In this document: piece by piece, positions 7,580 to 16,271 of the stretch
How positions within the stretch are numbered: position 1 is the stretch's first letter
How the letters are laid out: every line of letters begins with the position of its first letter
From: a virus
Taxonomy: Duplodnaviria; Caudoviricetes
Reading direction: 5' to 3' (one strand)
IMG/VR virus record: IMGVR_UViG_2061766007_000586
Coordinates: 224,001-288,000 of that record
Length of the DNA: 64,000 bases
Translations under genes and position numbers: made by a program
Notes under the pieces: model-generated
What the model was told of the DNA's origin: nothing
Database searches by the model: none
The model's input: the letters and a program-made list of their open reading frames with translations, nothing else

Positions 7580-7593
7580 AAAATACGAAAAGA

Positions 7594-7707
7594 TGAGCAG
7601 AGTAGGACTCGAACCTACATTCCGAGATTACTAATCTAAGTATCTTGCAGTTAATGACCTGAGAAGGACATATTTTTACGTGTTCTCTCCTGTTGAACTA
7701 TCTGCTC
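7594..7707 (-). ncRNA. expanded tRNA-like RNA 2 (~114 nt)
   Basis: GAGCAGA/TCTGCTC acceptor; GTTC/GAAC D-stem; GTAGG-TTCGAGT-CCTAC T-arm; anticodon region replaced. Confidence 0.78.
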
Positions 7708-7718
7708 GTAAAGTGAAA

Positions 7719-7765
7719 CAGGACGCATTGATCATTTATTGATGATAAATTGCTGTGAGCGTCCC
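7719..7765 (-). ncRNA. CAGCAA-motif hairpin C
   Basis: GGGACGC-TCACAGCAA...GCGTCCTG. Confidence 0.6.
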
Positions 7766-7771
7766 AGAAAA

Positions 7772-7906
7772 TGGTGGAGAGGGTAGGATTTTCACCTACA
7801 CATAGAAGTCCATTGATCTATTTAATTAAAAATAAATTTGCGGCGAGTGTCACACTGCAACATGACACCACATAAATACTTCTTGCTCTAATTGAGCTAC
7901 CTCTCC
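7772..7906 (-). ncRNA. expanded tRNA-like RNA 1 (135 nt, CCA encoded)
   Basis: GGAGAGG/CCTCTCC-A-CCA; GCTC/GAGC D-arm; AGAAGT/ACTTCT stem enclosing ~70 nt; GTAGG-TGAAAAT-CCTAC. Confidence 0.8.
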
Positions 7907-7954
7907 AAAAGGTACAGTAGAGATATATATAATCGTAATTTATTTGAGTTAAAA

Positions 7955-8031
7955 TGGTACACCAGACGGGGTTCGAACCCATGACCCTCTGCTTAGAAGG
8001 CAGATGCTCTATCCTACTGAGCTACTGGTGC
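7955..8031 (-). tRNA. tRNA-Arg(TCT)
   Basis: cloverleaf, loop CTTCTAA, CCA. Confidence 0.97.
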
Positions 8032-8513
8032 ACATTATCTGATTCTAATGGAGACCTTACGGTTTGTTCAAGTTTAGTGAAAAACAATACTTCAAAACCT
8101 ATTATACCATTTGCGTTTAACCAATCTGCTACTAAATGTCTATGACAAAATTCCATAGGTTTTTCATAGCAAATTAAACATGGTTGTTTTCCGTCAGTTT
8201 TTTCAAGCAATTCTGACATAACTTGTTTTGGATCTAGTTTACCTAAAATTTCTTCATTGAAGCGTTTTGTGTAAATTTCATTATCGTGGTGGTTGAATTT
8301 CCAATCACTGTAAATACTCCAGGAAGGTGCTAGTTTTTTATACTGAATCCCAGAATACCAATCAGGTGCTTTACCACAGATAGAGACAGGAACTATAGAA
8401 CCAGGCATGTTTAGAATATCATTAAGTTTAGCAAAATATGAAGTTCTAAACTCTTGCCATTGAATTTCTTTCCCATTTATAGTAAGTGGCCATATAGGTT
8501 GTAAGTTTGACAT
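8022..8513 (-). CDS. DUF488-family protein
   Basis: LAPS...Y..RF...CLICYEKP.EFCHRHLVADWL; start 8513 with AAGGA SD (the longer ORF begins inside tRNA-Gln). Confidence 0.8.
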   Translation of the reverse strand: MSNLQPIWPLTINGKEIQWQEFRTSYFAKLNDILNMPGSIVPVSICGKAPDWYSGIQYKKLAPSWSIYSDWKFNHHDNEIYTKRFNEEILGKLDPKQVMSELLEKTDGKQPCLICYEKPMEFCHRHLVADWLNANGIIGFEVLFFTKLEQTVRSPLESDNVHQ

Positions 8514-8530
8514 TTTGATTTTCCTTAAAA

Positions 8531-8604
8531 TGGTAGTCCCGTCGGGATTTGAACCCAAACTAACTGGACCAAAACCAGTTGTGCTGCCATTACACCACAG
8601 GACT
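8531..8604 (-). tRNA. tRNA-Gln(TTG)
   Basis: cloverleaf, loop TTTTGGT, CCA. Confidence 0.95.
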
Positions 8605-8680
8605 ATTTATACTTTCGTATACAATATCAAATATACACAAAAATATATTGTGGATGCAGGATAAAACCTGCATCCGTTTG

Positions 8681-9091
8681 TTACTTATTTTTAAAGTAGT
8701 TGATACAGTTTTGCATAAACCAAATAAATGGATTAAGCAAAAATCTGTATGCACGAAGTTCTTCTGTATCTTGTACGGTTGGATTTACTAATGCATTATC
8801 AATTGCATTTTGTATAGCTTTTTTGGGAGTAAGCCCAGTAGCTATAATCCAATCTTTAGAAGAATTAAACTCAATAGTCCTGGCAAAGATAATTTCACCA
8901 TGCCCAGCGGACTTATTGATGTAGCAGACATATTGATCGTTGAAATGAAGTCTATTGTCAGTAGGGTCTAATTTCCTGACATAAATGCACTTTTTACCAT
9001 ACATGTTTCCGTAAAAATTATGATTATTAATACATGCAGGTCTAAAGTCGTGTTCAAGTAACCAATATATCTCGTTAAAGTCTGCAGTCAT
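8681..9091 (-). CDS. hypothetical protein
   Basis: 136-aa ORF followed by a hairpin terminator at ~8652-8675. Confidence 0.7.
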   Translation of the reverse strand: MTADFNEIYWLLEHDFRPACINNHNFYGNMYGKKCIYVRKLDPTDNRLHFNDQYVCYINKSAGHGEIIFARTIEFNSSKDWIIATGLTPKKAIQNAIDNALVNPTVQDTEELRAYRFLLNPFIWFMQNCINYFKNK

Positions 9092-9261
9092 AAATTTTCC
9101 CTATGGTTAGTTAATCTTCAACTGCGAATATATAAACTACACGAGGTAGAGAGATGTTACATGACCCATAACATAATAGTAATATATGTATTAAATAAAA
9201 ATGAAAGAAAAAAGAACCCAGGATTGCTCCTGGGTTTTTCGCCGTTAGGCAGTCGTTTCAG

Positions 9262-9423
9262 TTAGGCAGTGGCTTCAGCCGACTCGTCAGCTTCAGCATT
9301 TTTCTCTGCGTCAGCTGCTTTGTTGGCATCATGTTCCCACTTTTTGCCGATGGCGTAGCAGGTACCAAAGGTACCGATGACTCCGAGGACGACTCCGGCG
9401 GCGAGAATGGCGATGACTTTCAT
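9262..9423 (-). CDS. small membrane protein with N-terminal TM helix
   Basis: AAGGAG SD before ATG 9423; MKVIAILAAGVVLGVIG. Confidence 0.7.
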   Translation of the reverse strand: MKVIAILAAGVVLGVIGTFGTCYAIGKKWEHDANKAADAEKNAEADESAEATA

Positions 9424-9466
9424 AGTTGAACTCCTTATGTTGAGTTGGTTGTTAAAGGCATTTGCC

Positions 9467-9886
9467 TTAGGATTTGTGAATGGCGAGATCAATTCCGACA
9501 GCAGCCGATGCAATCAGAATACCGATCGAGACGAAACCGACTTTGGTCCAGAACGATGTTTTCTTCGGCTGGGCTTCGACAGCAGTCCATATTTCCCAAC
9601 GGAATTTGGCACCGTCGGGAAGCTTGTCAGCACCGAGAGGAAGTCTGGGCCCATCGTACTGGGCCACACAAACCACATCGCCGGGCTTGACTGCCGTAGA
9701 GACACGATTGAAATCCACCTGCTTTCCGAGAAGATCAGAAAGGATCTTGGCGGTGTCTTCGTGGCCGACCACAGAAGTGGCATCTTTCGCCTGAGCTTTG
9801 AAGGTTTCAAGATCAACGATCTTGACGTCGAAGTGCATGTCGTTATGGACCATGCCGGAACTGAAAACGTTGTTGAGGTACTTCAT
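9467..9886 (-). CDS. acrIII-1: AcrIII-1 / DUF1874 (STIV B116-like) cA4 ring nuclease with C-terminal TM helix
   Basis: YLxNxFSxxM, SxxGHxxT, NRV, QxxxxRLxxG motifs as recalled for SIRV1 gp29 and YddF. Confidence 0.85.
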   Translation of the reverse strand: MKYLNNVFSSGMVHNDMHFDVKIVDLETFKAQAKDATSVVGHEDTAKILSDLLGKQVDFNRVSTAVKPGDVVCVAQYDGPRLPLGADKLPDGAKFRWEIWTAVEAQPKKTSFWTKVGFVSIGILIASAAVGIDLAIHKS

Positions 9887-9910
9887 ATTCGAATCTCCTT
9901 ATGTTGTTTG

Positions 9911-10276
9911 TTAAACCGAGTAGAAACACTGATGTATGAGACTTGCGAGATTCCAGTACTTATGGTCTTTGGCAAGTTGTTCTTCGTACTTCAGCTGTTG
10001 ACATTTCTCTGTACGAGAAAGGTTGTTGTTGTGAGTAATTTCCGTTACACGGTTTCTGATCGCTTCTTCGCTGTAGTAATTATCAGCAGTAGAGTTGGTT
10101 TTGCTGTTGGCCGTGATTCCTTTTTCCGCAAGAATACGTTCAACTTCTTCATGAACGAGCTGCTGAAGCATATTTGCAAACTCTTCCTGCTTGCGACGTT
10201 CTTTCATAGTTTCAGCATAATTGTCAAGCTGCTGACCGACTGCGGTGAGGAAAGCATTTGCGAAAGTGTTGTTCAT
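9911..10276 (-). CDS. hypothetical early protein
   Basis: 121 aa, AAGGAG SD. Confidence 0.75.
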   Translation of the reverse strand: MNNTFANAFLTAVGQQLDNYAETMKERRKQEEFANMLQQLVHEEVERILAEKGITANSKTNSTADNYYSEEAIRNRVTEITHNNNLSRTEKCQQLKYEEQLAKDHKYWNLASLIHQCFYSV

Positions 10277-10296
10277 AATCGATACTCCTTATTGAG

Positions 10297-10590
10297 TTAG
10301 TTTTTGGCGATGAAAATTCCACCAGCTATTGCTGCGACTGCGCCGATGACTGCAGTAACACCGAGGGCTGGAAGAACGACGTAGTGAAAAGGATCTTCTT
10401 TACGAAGACGAGCTTTCAAAGTTTTGAGCCTTCTTTTATATATTGCAACATTTTCCATGTAACCAAGAGCAAATTCTTGATCACGGAAACGTTCACAATC
10501 CCGAATGCATTCTTTGATTTTTTCGACTTTGTTAGGAGCGAAGAAGATCTCATTGTCTTCACGAAAGAACTGATCTTTGAAGAATTCCAT
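10297..10590 (-). CDS. tail-anchored membrane protein
   Basis: C-terminal hydrophobic helix, SD. Confidence 0.75.
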   Translation of the reverse strand: MEFFKDQFFREDNEIFFAPNKVEKIKECIRDCERFRDQEFALGYMENVAIYKRRLKTLKARLRKEDPFHYVVLPALGVTAVIGAVAAIAGGIFIAKN

Positions 10591-10605
10591 AAGTGTTCTC
10601 CTTAC

Positions 10606-10854
10606 TTAAGTGTTGTAAGTAATTCCTAAAGCAATAGCACCGATGGCTCCAACAATTGCTAAAACTGTGAGAGCAGAAATGACGTGCTTGGAATGTTCTT
10701 TCAATTCCTTTTCAGCTTTCTGCTTAGCAGCTTCAGCGTCCTGACGAGCAGCTTCGGCTTCTTGAATCAGCTCATTCATAAGATCAGTTGTCCCATTAGG
10801 ATACATCCGATTGATGAGCTCTAACTGGCGTTTACGTCTGTGAGGATTAGCCAT
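10606..10854 (-). CDS. tail-anchored coiled-coil membrane protein
   Basis: C-terminal TM helix; TATATTGC promoter at 10898-10905. Confidence 0.75.
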   Translation of the reverse strand: MANPHRRKRQLELINRMYPNGTTDLMNELIQEAEAARQDAEAAKQKAEKELKEHSKHVISALTVLAIVGAIGAIALGITYNT

Positions 10855-10968
10855 GATGATTCTCCTTATTAGAAGTTTTTATTCATAGTTCACTGTAGCA
10901 ATATATACGTGACGGATTTTGATCTACATTCTATAGTCTTATCCTATTTAATATAAGGAGATAACATT

Positions 10969-11901
10969 ATGCCTAAAAACGGAAAGTACAAGGTTCTCTG
11001 CCTGGTTGGTGGAGGAAAGTTCGGAGCAATCCCTGCTAAATTCTTATCCTACGTTTCTAAGCCAACGGATGATGGGAAAGAAGGTGCTCTGTCTGAAGTT
11101 GACTTCTTATCAGGAACTTCAATTGGTGGTATTTTAGCAGCAGGTTATTCTGCTGGTCATACCTTCAAAGAAGTATCTGAAATGTTCAACAAGAGAGCAA
11201 AAGATTGCTTTGTGAAAAGATGGCAAGCAAAAATTTCACCACTTGCTTGTCCTACTTATAAAGGTGAAGCCTTACGTGAAGTAATTCACGACATTATTGG
11301 TGATCTTACTTTAGGTCAAACCAAAGAAGTTTATCCACATCTTTCTACAGTAATTCCTGCATTGGATCTTACTGCTGACGATTATCTGGTTTTCCAGACA
11401 ATTAAGAAGAATGATAATTGGGATGTTCCTTTGGTTGACGTTGCACAAATGACATCTGCTGCTCAGACATATTTCCCCGGAGTTAACTTCCGAGGTCATT
11501 GTATAGTAGATGCAGGTGTGATCGATGTTCCTTCATTAATCACATGTTCTACATCTGTACGTGGAAAAGGTGGTATTCACTTTGAAGACATGGATGTACT
11601 CTTAGTGGGTATTGGTGATGATAGTAATGCCGCTCATTGCGATCCTATTACACCTGAAAAGTACAACAAGTATACAGTTGTTGAAGTCTTATTAAAGGTA
11701 ATTAGACCTTACCTGACTTTTGGCAATAAACTTGCAACCCTTTATTGGGGAAGACATATGGAATTCAATTCCTTTACGTACTTTAATCCTATTAAAATTT
11801 CCGGTGATCTTGACGATCCGACAGACGTACCGCAACTCATGGATGAGTGTGAAAAATACAAAGACGAGTTTATTCAAACTTGGAATAGCTGGTTAGCTTA
11901 A
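10969..11901 (+). CDS. patatin-like phospholipase
   Basis: GGGKFG, GTSIG, TSAA.TYF, DAG motifs. Confidence 0.88.
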   Translation: MPKNGKYKVLCLVGGGKFGAIPAKFLSYVSKPTDDGKEGALSEVDFLSGTSIGGILAAGYSAGHTFKEVSEMFNKRAKDCFVKRWQAKISPLACPTYKGEALREVIHDIIGDLTLGQTKEVYPHLSTVIPALDLTADDYLVFQTIKKNDNWDVPLVDVAQMTSAAQTYFPGVNFRGHCIVDAGVIDVPSLITCSTSVRGKGGIHFEDMDVLLVGIGDDSNAAHCDPITPEKYNKYTVVEVLLKVIRPYLTFGNKLATLYWGRHMEFNSFTYFNPIKISGDLDDPTDVPQLMDECEKYKDEFIQTWNSWLA

Positions 11902-11939
11902 AGTACTATGGCCGTAAGGCAACAGTATCATAATAGTGT

Positions 11940-12016
11940 GATGGTAGACGGGAATTCCCGTCTACCATCCTTTGTAGTTTTTAACAAAAAAACAACCCGT
12001 CTTACGACGGGTTGTT
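11940..12016. terminator. pair of terminators between convergent genes
   Basis: perfect palindrome at 11940-11969 and hairpin at 11991-12016 with A/T tracts. Confidence 0.75.
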
Positions 12017-12021
12017 AAGTG

Positions 12022-12318
12022 TCACTGTTCTTCGGTAAAGCGAACAGATTTGATTGGAGCCTGTTTCGGATCAAACTCTCCAATTTGGGTACAGGTCAAG
12101 TTGCTGTCCAGAAGACCTTCGATTTCGAAATCATCGATCAGCCCGCCATCACCGTCATACTCACCGACAACGACTGATGCTTTCTCAGTATTGAAGTTAA
12201 GTTCGATTGTGTGATGATTTTCGTTGTTTTCGAAGCTGATAGAATCGATATTGTTTTCCTGCATGATCTTTCTGAGATCGTTCAGAAAATTCGTGACGCT
12301 TTCTTTTACGGTTTTCAT
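12022..12318 (-). CDS. hypothetical protein
   Basis: SD; N-terminus resembles 13195-13410. Confidence 0.75.
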   Translation of the reverse strand: MKTVKESVTNFLNDLRKIMQENNIDSISFENNENHHTIELNFNTEKASVVVGEYDGDGGLIDDFEIEGLLDSNLTCTQIGEFDPKQAPIKSVRFTEEQ

Positions 12319-12326
12319 TTTTCTCC

Positions 12327-12563
12327 TTATTGAGCTTTATATTTTGTTGGTTCAATCTCAATGGGATGTCTCCAGAGATCGAAATATTTGTCAGAGAGTA
12401 CTTTGAGAAATTCCGGCGCTTCTACAGTATATTTTTCCTCAAATCCTTCTATTGCTGCGAGTTCCGCAACAAGGTATGCGTATTTTTCTTCCACCGGAAT
12501 ATTTGACGTTATTACACGAAGTACCCGGTCGTACAGTTTGTCACTTAGGGTTTTTTCTTCCAT
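12327..12563 (-). CDS. hypothetical protein
   Basis: SD, operon context. Confidence 0.7.
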   Translation of the reverse strand: MEEKTLSDKLYDRVLRVITSNIPVEEKYAYLVAELAAIEGFEEKYTVEAPEFLKVLSDKYFDLWRHPIEIEPTKYKAQ

Positions 12564-12579
12564 AGAAAACTCCTTAATG

Positions 12580-12903
12580 TTATTTCCAGTCCTTCATTTT
12601 GTGTTCTGAAAAGACCTCAGGAAGTTGAACTTCGTCAAGTGAATTGACGAAACGGATTTTACGAATTTCTCCCGAAAATTCCAGTTGTTTTCCGGCTTGA
12701 TTTCCGACGATAATAAGTTCATCAATCGGAAGACCGAAGAAATAGTTTTCGAGTTCATCAATGTTATCGATGACACACTGGATAGGTTCACTGTCAAGTT
12801 CCTCGAATCTGGTTTTGTATCTTAATGAATTAAGATCCAGATCGAAATAAACGTCCATCTTGTTTAAGATGAAACGATCTCTTCCACATTGAATAAAGTT
12901 CAT
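12580..12903 (-). CDS. hypothetical protein
   Basis: ATGA overlap with upstream gene. Confidence 0.7.
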   Translation of the reverse strand: MNFIQCGRDRFILNKMDVYFDLDLNSLRYKTRFEELDSEPIQCVIDNIDELENYFFGLPIDELIIVGNQAGKQLEFSGEIRKIRFVNSLDEVQLPEVFSEHKMKDWK

Positions 12904-13181
12904 GAGATGCTCCTTTTGCTCAGTTCTTCTTGGATTTCGATAAGCTTTGCTTCGAGTTGGTCAAAAGTGAGATATCCTTCGACACCACCACCGGATAAGC
13001 AATCGAGATCGACTGTTTTGTTTCCGCTAAAAACACCAACTTCCCACAGTCCAAGCTCTCCTCCATATGAACCTTGTTTCATGATAATGGAGATTTCTAA
13101 CCCATTTTCGAGTTGGATTTTTCCGTCGATTCCGGCCGGGAACGTCGTGACTGCAAATTTTGCATCAGAGAATTTCTTCAT
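12900..13181 (-). CDS. hypothetical phage protein
   Basis: GGAGG SD; SYGG..GLWEVGV motif. Confidence 0.75.
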   Translation of the reverse strand: MKKFSDAKFAVTTFPAGIDGKIQLENGLEISIIMKQGSYGGELGLWEVGVFSGNKTVDLDCLSGGGVEGYLTFDQLEAKLIEIQEELSKRSIS

Positions 13182-13194
13182 AGTAACCTCCTGA

Positions 13195-13410
13195 TTAGTT
13201 TTTGAGTTTGGAAATCATCTGATCGATTTCTTTTTCTCCGATGATGCATTCTTTCATAGGAGAACTCATGATTGTGAATTCTTTGCCTTCTTTCGGTTTG
13301 ATACCAAGAAAAGCGTAATCGTCACTCACGAAGCCGAGAGTGATATCGTTGTCGTGCATGATCTTACGAAGGTCTTTCAGGAATTTGATCATTTTGATTT
13401 CGTTTTTCAT
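13195..13410 (-). CDS. hypothetical protein
   Basis: AGGAG SD; first gene of early operon. Confidence 0.7.
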   Translation of the reverse strand: MKNEIKMIKFLKDLRKIMHDNDITLGFVSDDYAFLGIKPKEGKEFTIMSSPMKECIIGEKEIDQMISKLKN

Positions 13411-13514
13411 AAGAACGTCTCCTATAATAGTTAGAGTTAAGTTAGATTATAATAGTTATATATAAATTAAAAAAATTCATATACATTATCTAATGAACTT
13501 AACTGGAGGTACTT

Positions 13515-14522
13515 ATGTTCCCTTATCGAATTTATGTTGATGGAGATAAGACATTTAATAATTATTTTCTTTTCTCCTATTATCTTAGCAGTTACATTAG
13601 TGATTCTTCGGTGTTGTATTCTGCTAAACCTTCTAATATCCACCATATGACAGAAGTTTTTGCATCAGGTCATAACCTATTTCATTTAAGCTGTGATATG
13701 GACAAAGTATTGCAGCATACTGATAAAAATATACTGTTTAAGAAGATAGCACAGGAAACTAATTTTGCATTAATCTTTAGAGACCCAAACAAGGCAGATG
13801 AGTATCATGATTTACTCTATGCTTTTACTTTACAGAATAAAGAATTTAGAATCATTGATGTATTTCCTGAAGATATTATTGTTCCTACAAAAACTAAATC
13901 AAATGAGTCAGTTGTATTCTCAGAAATTTATAAAGAATACATGGAACAATTAAAAGGTATGGATCATTTATCTTGCTACAAATTCTTAGCAATTATGTTA
14001 GCAAATCCATATTTATTAGATTTGGTTCTGCAAAACAAAGATAAGATTTATATCACAAATAACCAGATTGAACAGCAGATTGTTGATAATCTGAATTGGA
14101 TTTTAACTTATCATACAACTACTCTCCATGATATTTTGAAATCATTAAAAGGAGAAGTAGAAGAAATTAAACCAGAATATAAAGAAACAGAAAAGTATGA
14201 TTGGTCTGAGACTGGAGAAAATATTCCAGTGTATACTGGAACAGGTTTACTCTTAGCTAATGGATATCATTCAGTTGTGTACGATGGTAAAGAATCGTAT
14301 ATTGAAATAGAGTATAATAGATTAGTCCGGTCTCATATTCATCAATCACTTTATTCTATCATGTATGAAGAAAATACAGAAGATGACACAGATCGAATTA
14401 ATTATCATACTTCTGATACAGAAGCTTATCCTATTTTCTATCAATCTGTTATGTTTGCAGGTTCTCCCTTTAGAGCAAAATATTGGTATATCAATTCCAA
14501 GTATGTTACAGTGAAAGAATAA
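13515..14522 (+). CDS. hypothetical protein
   Basis: 335 aa, GGAGG SD, terminator at 14532-14566. Confidence 0.8.
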   Translation: MFPYRIYVDGDKTFNNYFLFSYYLSSYISDSSVLYSAKPSNIHHMTEVFASGHNLFHLSCDMDKVLQHTDKNILFKKIAQETNFALIFRDPNKADEYHDLLYAFTLQNKEFRIIDVFPEDIIVPTKTKSNESVVFSEIYKEYMEQLKGMDHLSCYKFLAIMLANPYLLDLVLQNKDKIYITNNQIEQQIVDNLNWILTYHTTTLHDILKSLKGEVEEIKPEYKETEKYDWSETGENIPVYTGTGLLLANGYHSVVYDGKESYIEIEYNRLVRSHIHQSLYSIMYEENTEDDTDRINYHTSDTEAYPIFYQSVMFAGSPFRAKYWYINSKYVTVKE

Positions 14523-14638
14523 AAATAAAACAGATCCTCTGTGCACATTACGTGCACAGAGGATCTTCAGTTTGAGCCCAAAACACAATTCGGGAAGACG
14601 AATCATGTTTAAAAGGAGATGTCAATTATGGTAACAAA

Positions 14639-15778
14639 TTATTTCAGGGGCTTTGCATTAGCAAGTGCCTGTTCAAATTCGTTCCCACCCATAGGATTAT
14701 AAGAGACCTGTTCTTTTTCTGTAGTTGAAGAAGTCTGATCTTTACGAACTTTCTTCTTAAACTTCTTGAACGGTTTCTTCTTAAATTCGTTTGTTTTTTC
14801 CATCGGTTTCTCGACAGGAGCTGTGATGATAGTTGTTGCCGGAATAGCATCACTTTCTTCAGCAGCTTTCATCTGGTTAAATTTTTCACGTTTCGCTCTA
14901 CGGGCATCACGAGCAGCTTTCAACTCAGCAATTCTGTAATTTACAGATTCGCCAGTGACACTCTCGAAATACCTTGCTAAGCCTTCCAGAACATAACACA
15001 TTGTTACATCACTATTACCGCAGGTATTATAGATATTTCTAATAATATCTTTGGCGTGACGAACAAATTTCGGAAGTCTTATAGTTTCAGGGAGAACAGT
15101 TCTCTTCTCCACGCTCATGGTAGGAATTTTATTATCCCCATGAACATTGGTAATCTTGATATTCAGAAGTTCGCAAACTTCGTTATAAAGAGCACTCTGT
15201 TCCGTTACAGTGTTGTTGAAATCGCAATACTCTTTGCTGGTGATGTCTCGAGCAAACGATTCCAGTACTTTGAAGAATGCCTCAATTCTTGGCATCATCT
15301 TACTGTTCCGAGATTTCGTATTTTCGGCATACTTGATAAACTTATCAATTTCGCCTTCATTATAAAATCCTGTTGCAGTTAATGACTGTCTCCATACATC
15401 AGCGCAGATACTCCAAATTGCATTGAGATGATCTACGTTTCTGGCAGTGACAGCAGCCTCATGAGACGCGTAATTTGGATCCATCGCACGGATCATAGCG
15501 ATGTATTCAGCCGTGGCAGGGAACCTAGAAAGCTTCTCAGGAAATGCCACATTACGCTGTACGTCTAATACGGTGATACGCTTGAAGTACGTCTCCGGTC
15601 GGTCGACGTCGATACCGATCGAATTGTTGACGGATTTAATCGTCAGTTCAAGGTGTTTACCCATAAACTTCAGCACGGATTTCTGGAATGTGATACTTCC
15701 ATCAGGAAGTCTCGTTTTCTCCAGAATCTTCTGCTGGCTACAGGCTTCGTTCCATGCGTTTTGTAATTTTGCGAGCAT
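14639..15778 (-). CDS. hypothetical protein with basic C-terminal region
   Basis: 379-aa ORF, AAGGA SD. Confidence 0.8.
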   Translation of the reverse strand: MLAKLQNAWNEACSQQKILEKTRLPDGSITFQKSVLKFMGKHLELTIKSVNNSIGIDVDRPETYFKRITVLDVQRNVAFPEKLSRFPATAEYIAMIRAMDPNYASHEAAVTARNVDHLNAIWSICADVWRQSLTATGFYNEGEIDKFIKYAENTKSRNSKMMPRIEAFFKVLESFARDITSKEYCDFNNTVTEQSALYNEVCELLNIKITNVHGDNKIPTMSVEKRTVLPETIRLPKFVRHAKDIIRNIYNTCGNSDVTMCYVLEGLARYFESVTGESVNYRIAELKAARDARRAKREKFNQMKAAEESDAIPATTIITAPVEKPMEKTNEFKKKPFKKFKKKVRKDQTSSTTEKEQVSYNPMGGNEFEQALANAKPLK

Positions 15779-16271
15779 GTGTTAATGCGTCCTTATAATG
15801 TTTGTGAGTTACGATTTGCGAGACCATCAATCCAGAGATGATAAGCAAAACTCACGACACTCACTCCATCGTGCGTCCTACTTAAACATTTCACACAGAT
15901 GCTTAACAAGTCCTTTATCATTATAACTTAATATAACATTTGTTCATTCTTATCTTTAAAGTTCGTTAAACCGCGTAGAACTCTGCCATCATTATTTATA
16001 CTTTACTGAGTCAGTTGGGTTTGTGTTATGTGATATCACTGTGAGGTTAACTACCCAGAATCTGATAAACAATAATAGCGAAAAGATTTGAATGTTCAAA
16101 TGCACATCAAGCTAGAAATCAAAATTCCTTGCTAGACGTTCTCAATTTTACGTGAAATGATAGAAAATCTACCATCTATATAGTGATATATAGACAAATA
16201 AATTTTGATGTGTAAAAATCTTTCATTTTATGCCGTTAGACAATTAATAACATGAACGGAGAATATGAGTT

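Noticed and set aside
7328-7906. Intron-containing tRNAs or simple tRNA pseudogenes
   Set aside because: Inserts are too short for group I introns (two cases) or lack recognisable core motifs, stems are intact, and all share a motif with the free hairpins; not formally excluded
9377-10300. 307-aa + strand ORF
   Set aside because: Antisense to three well-formed genes with SDs; shadow frame
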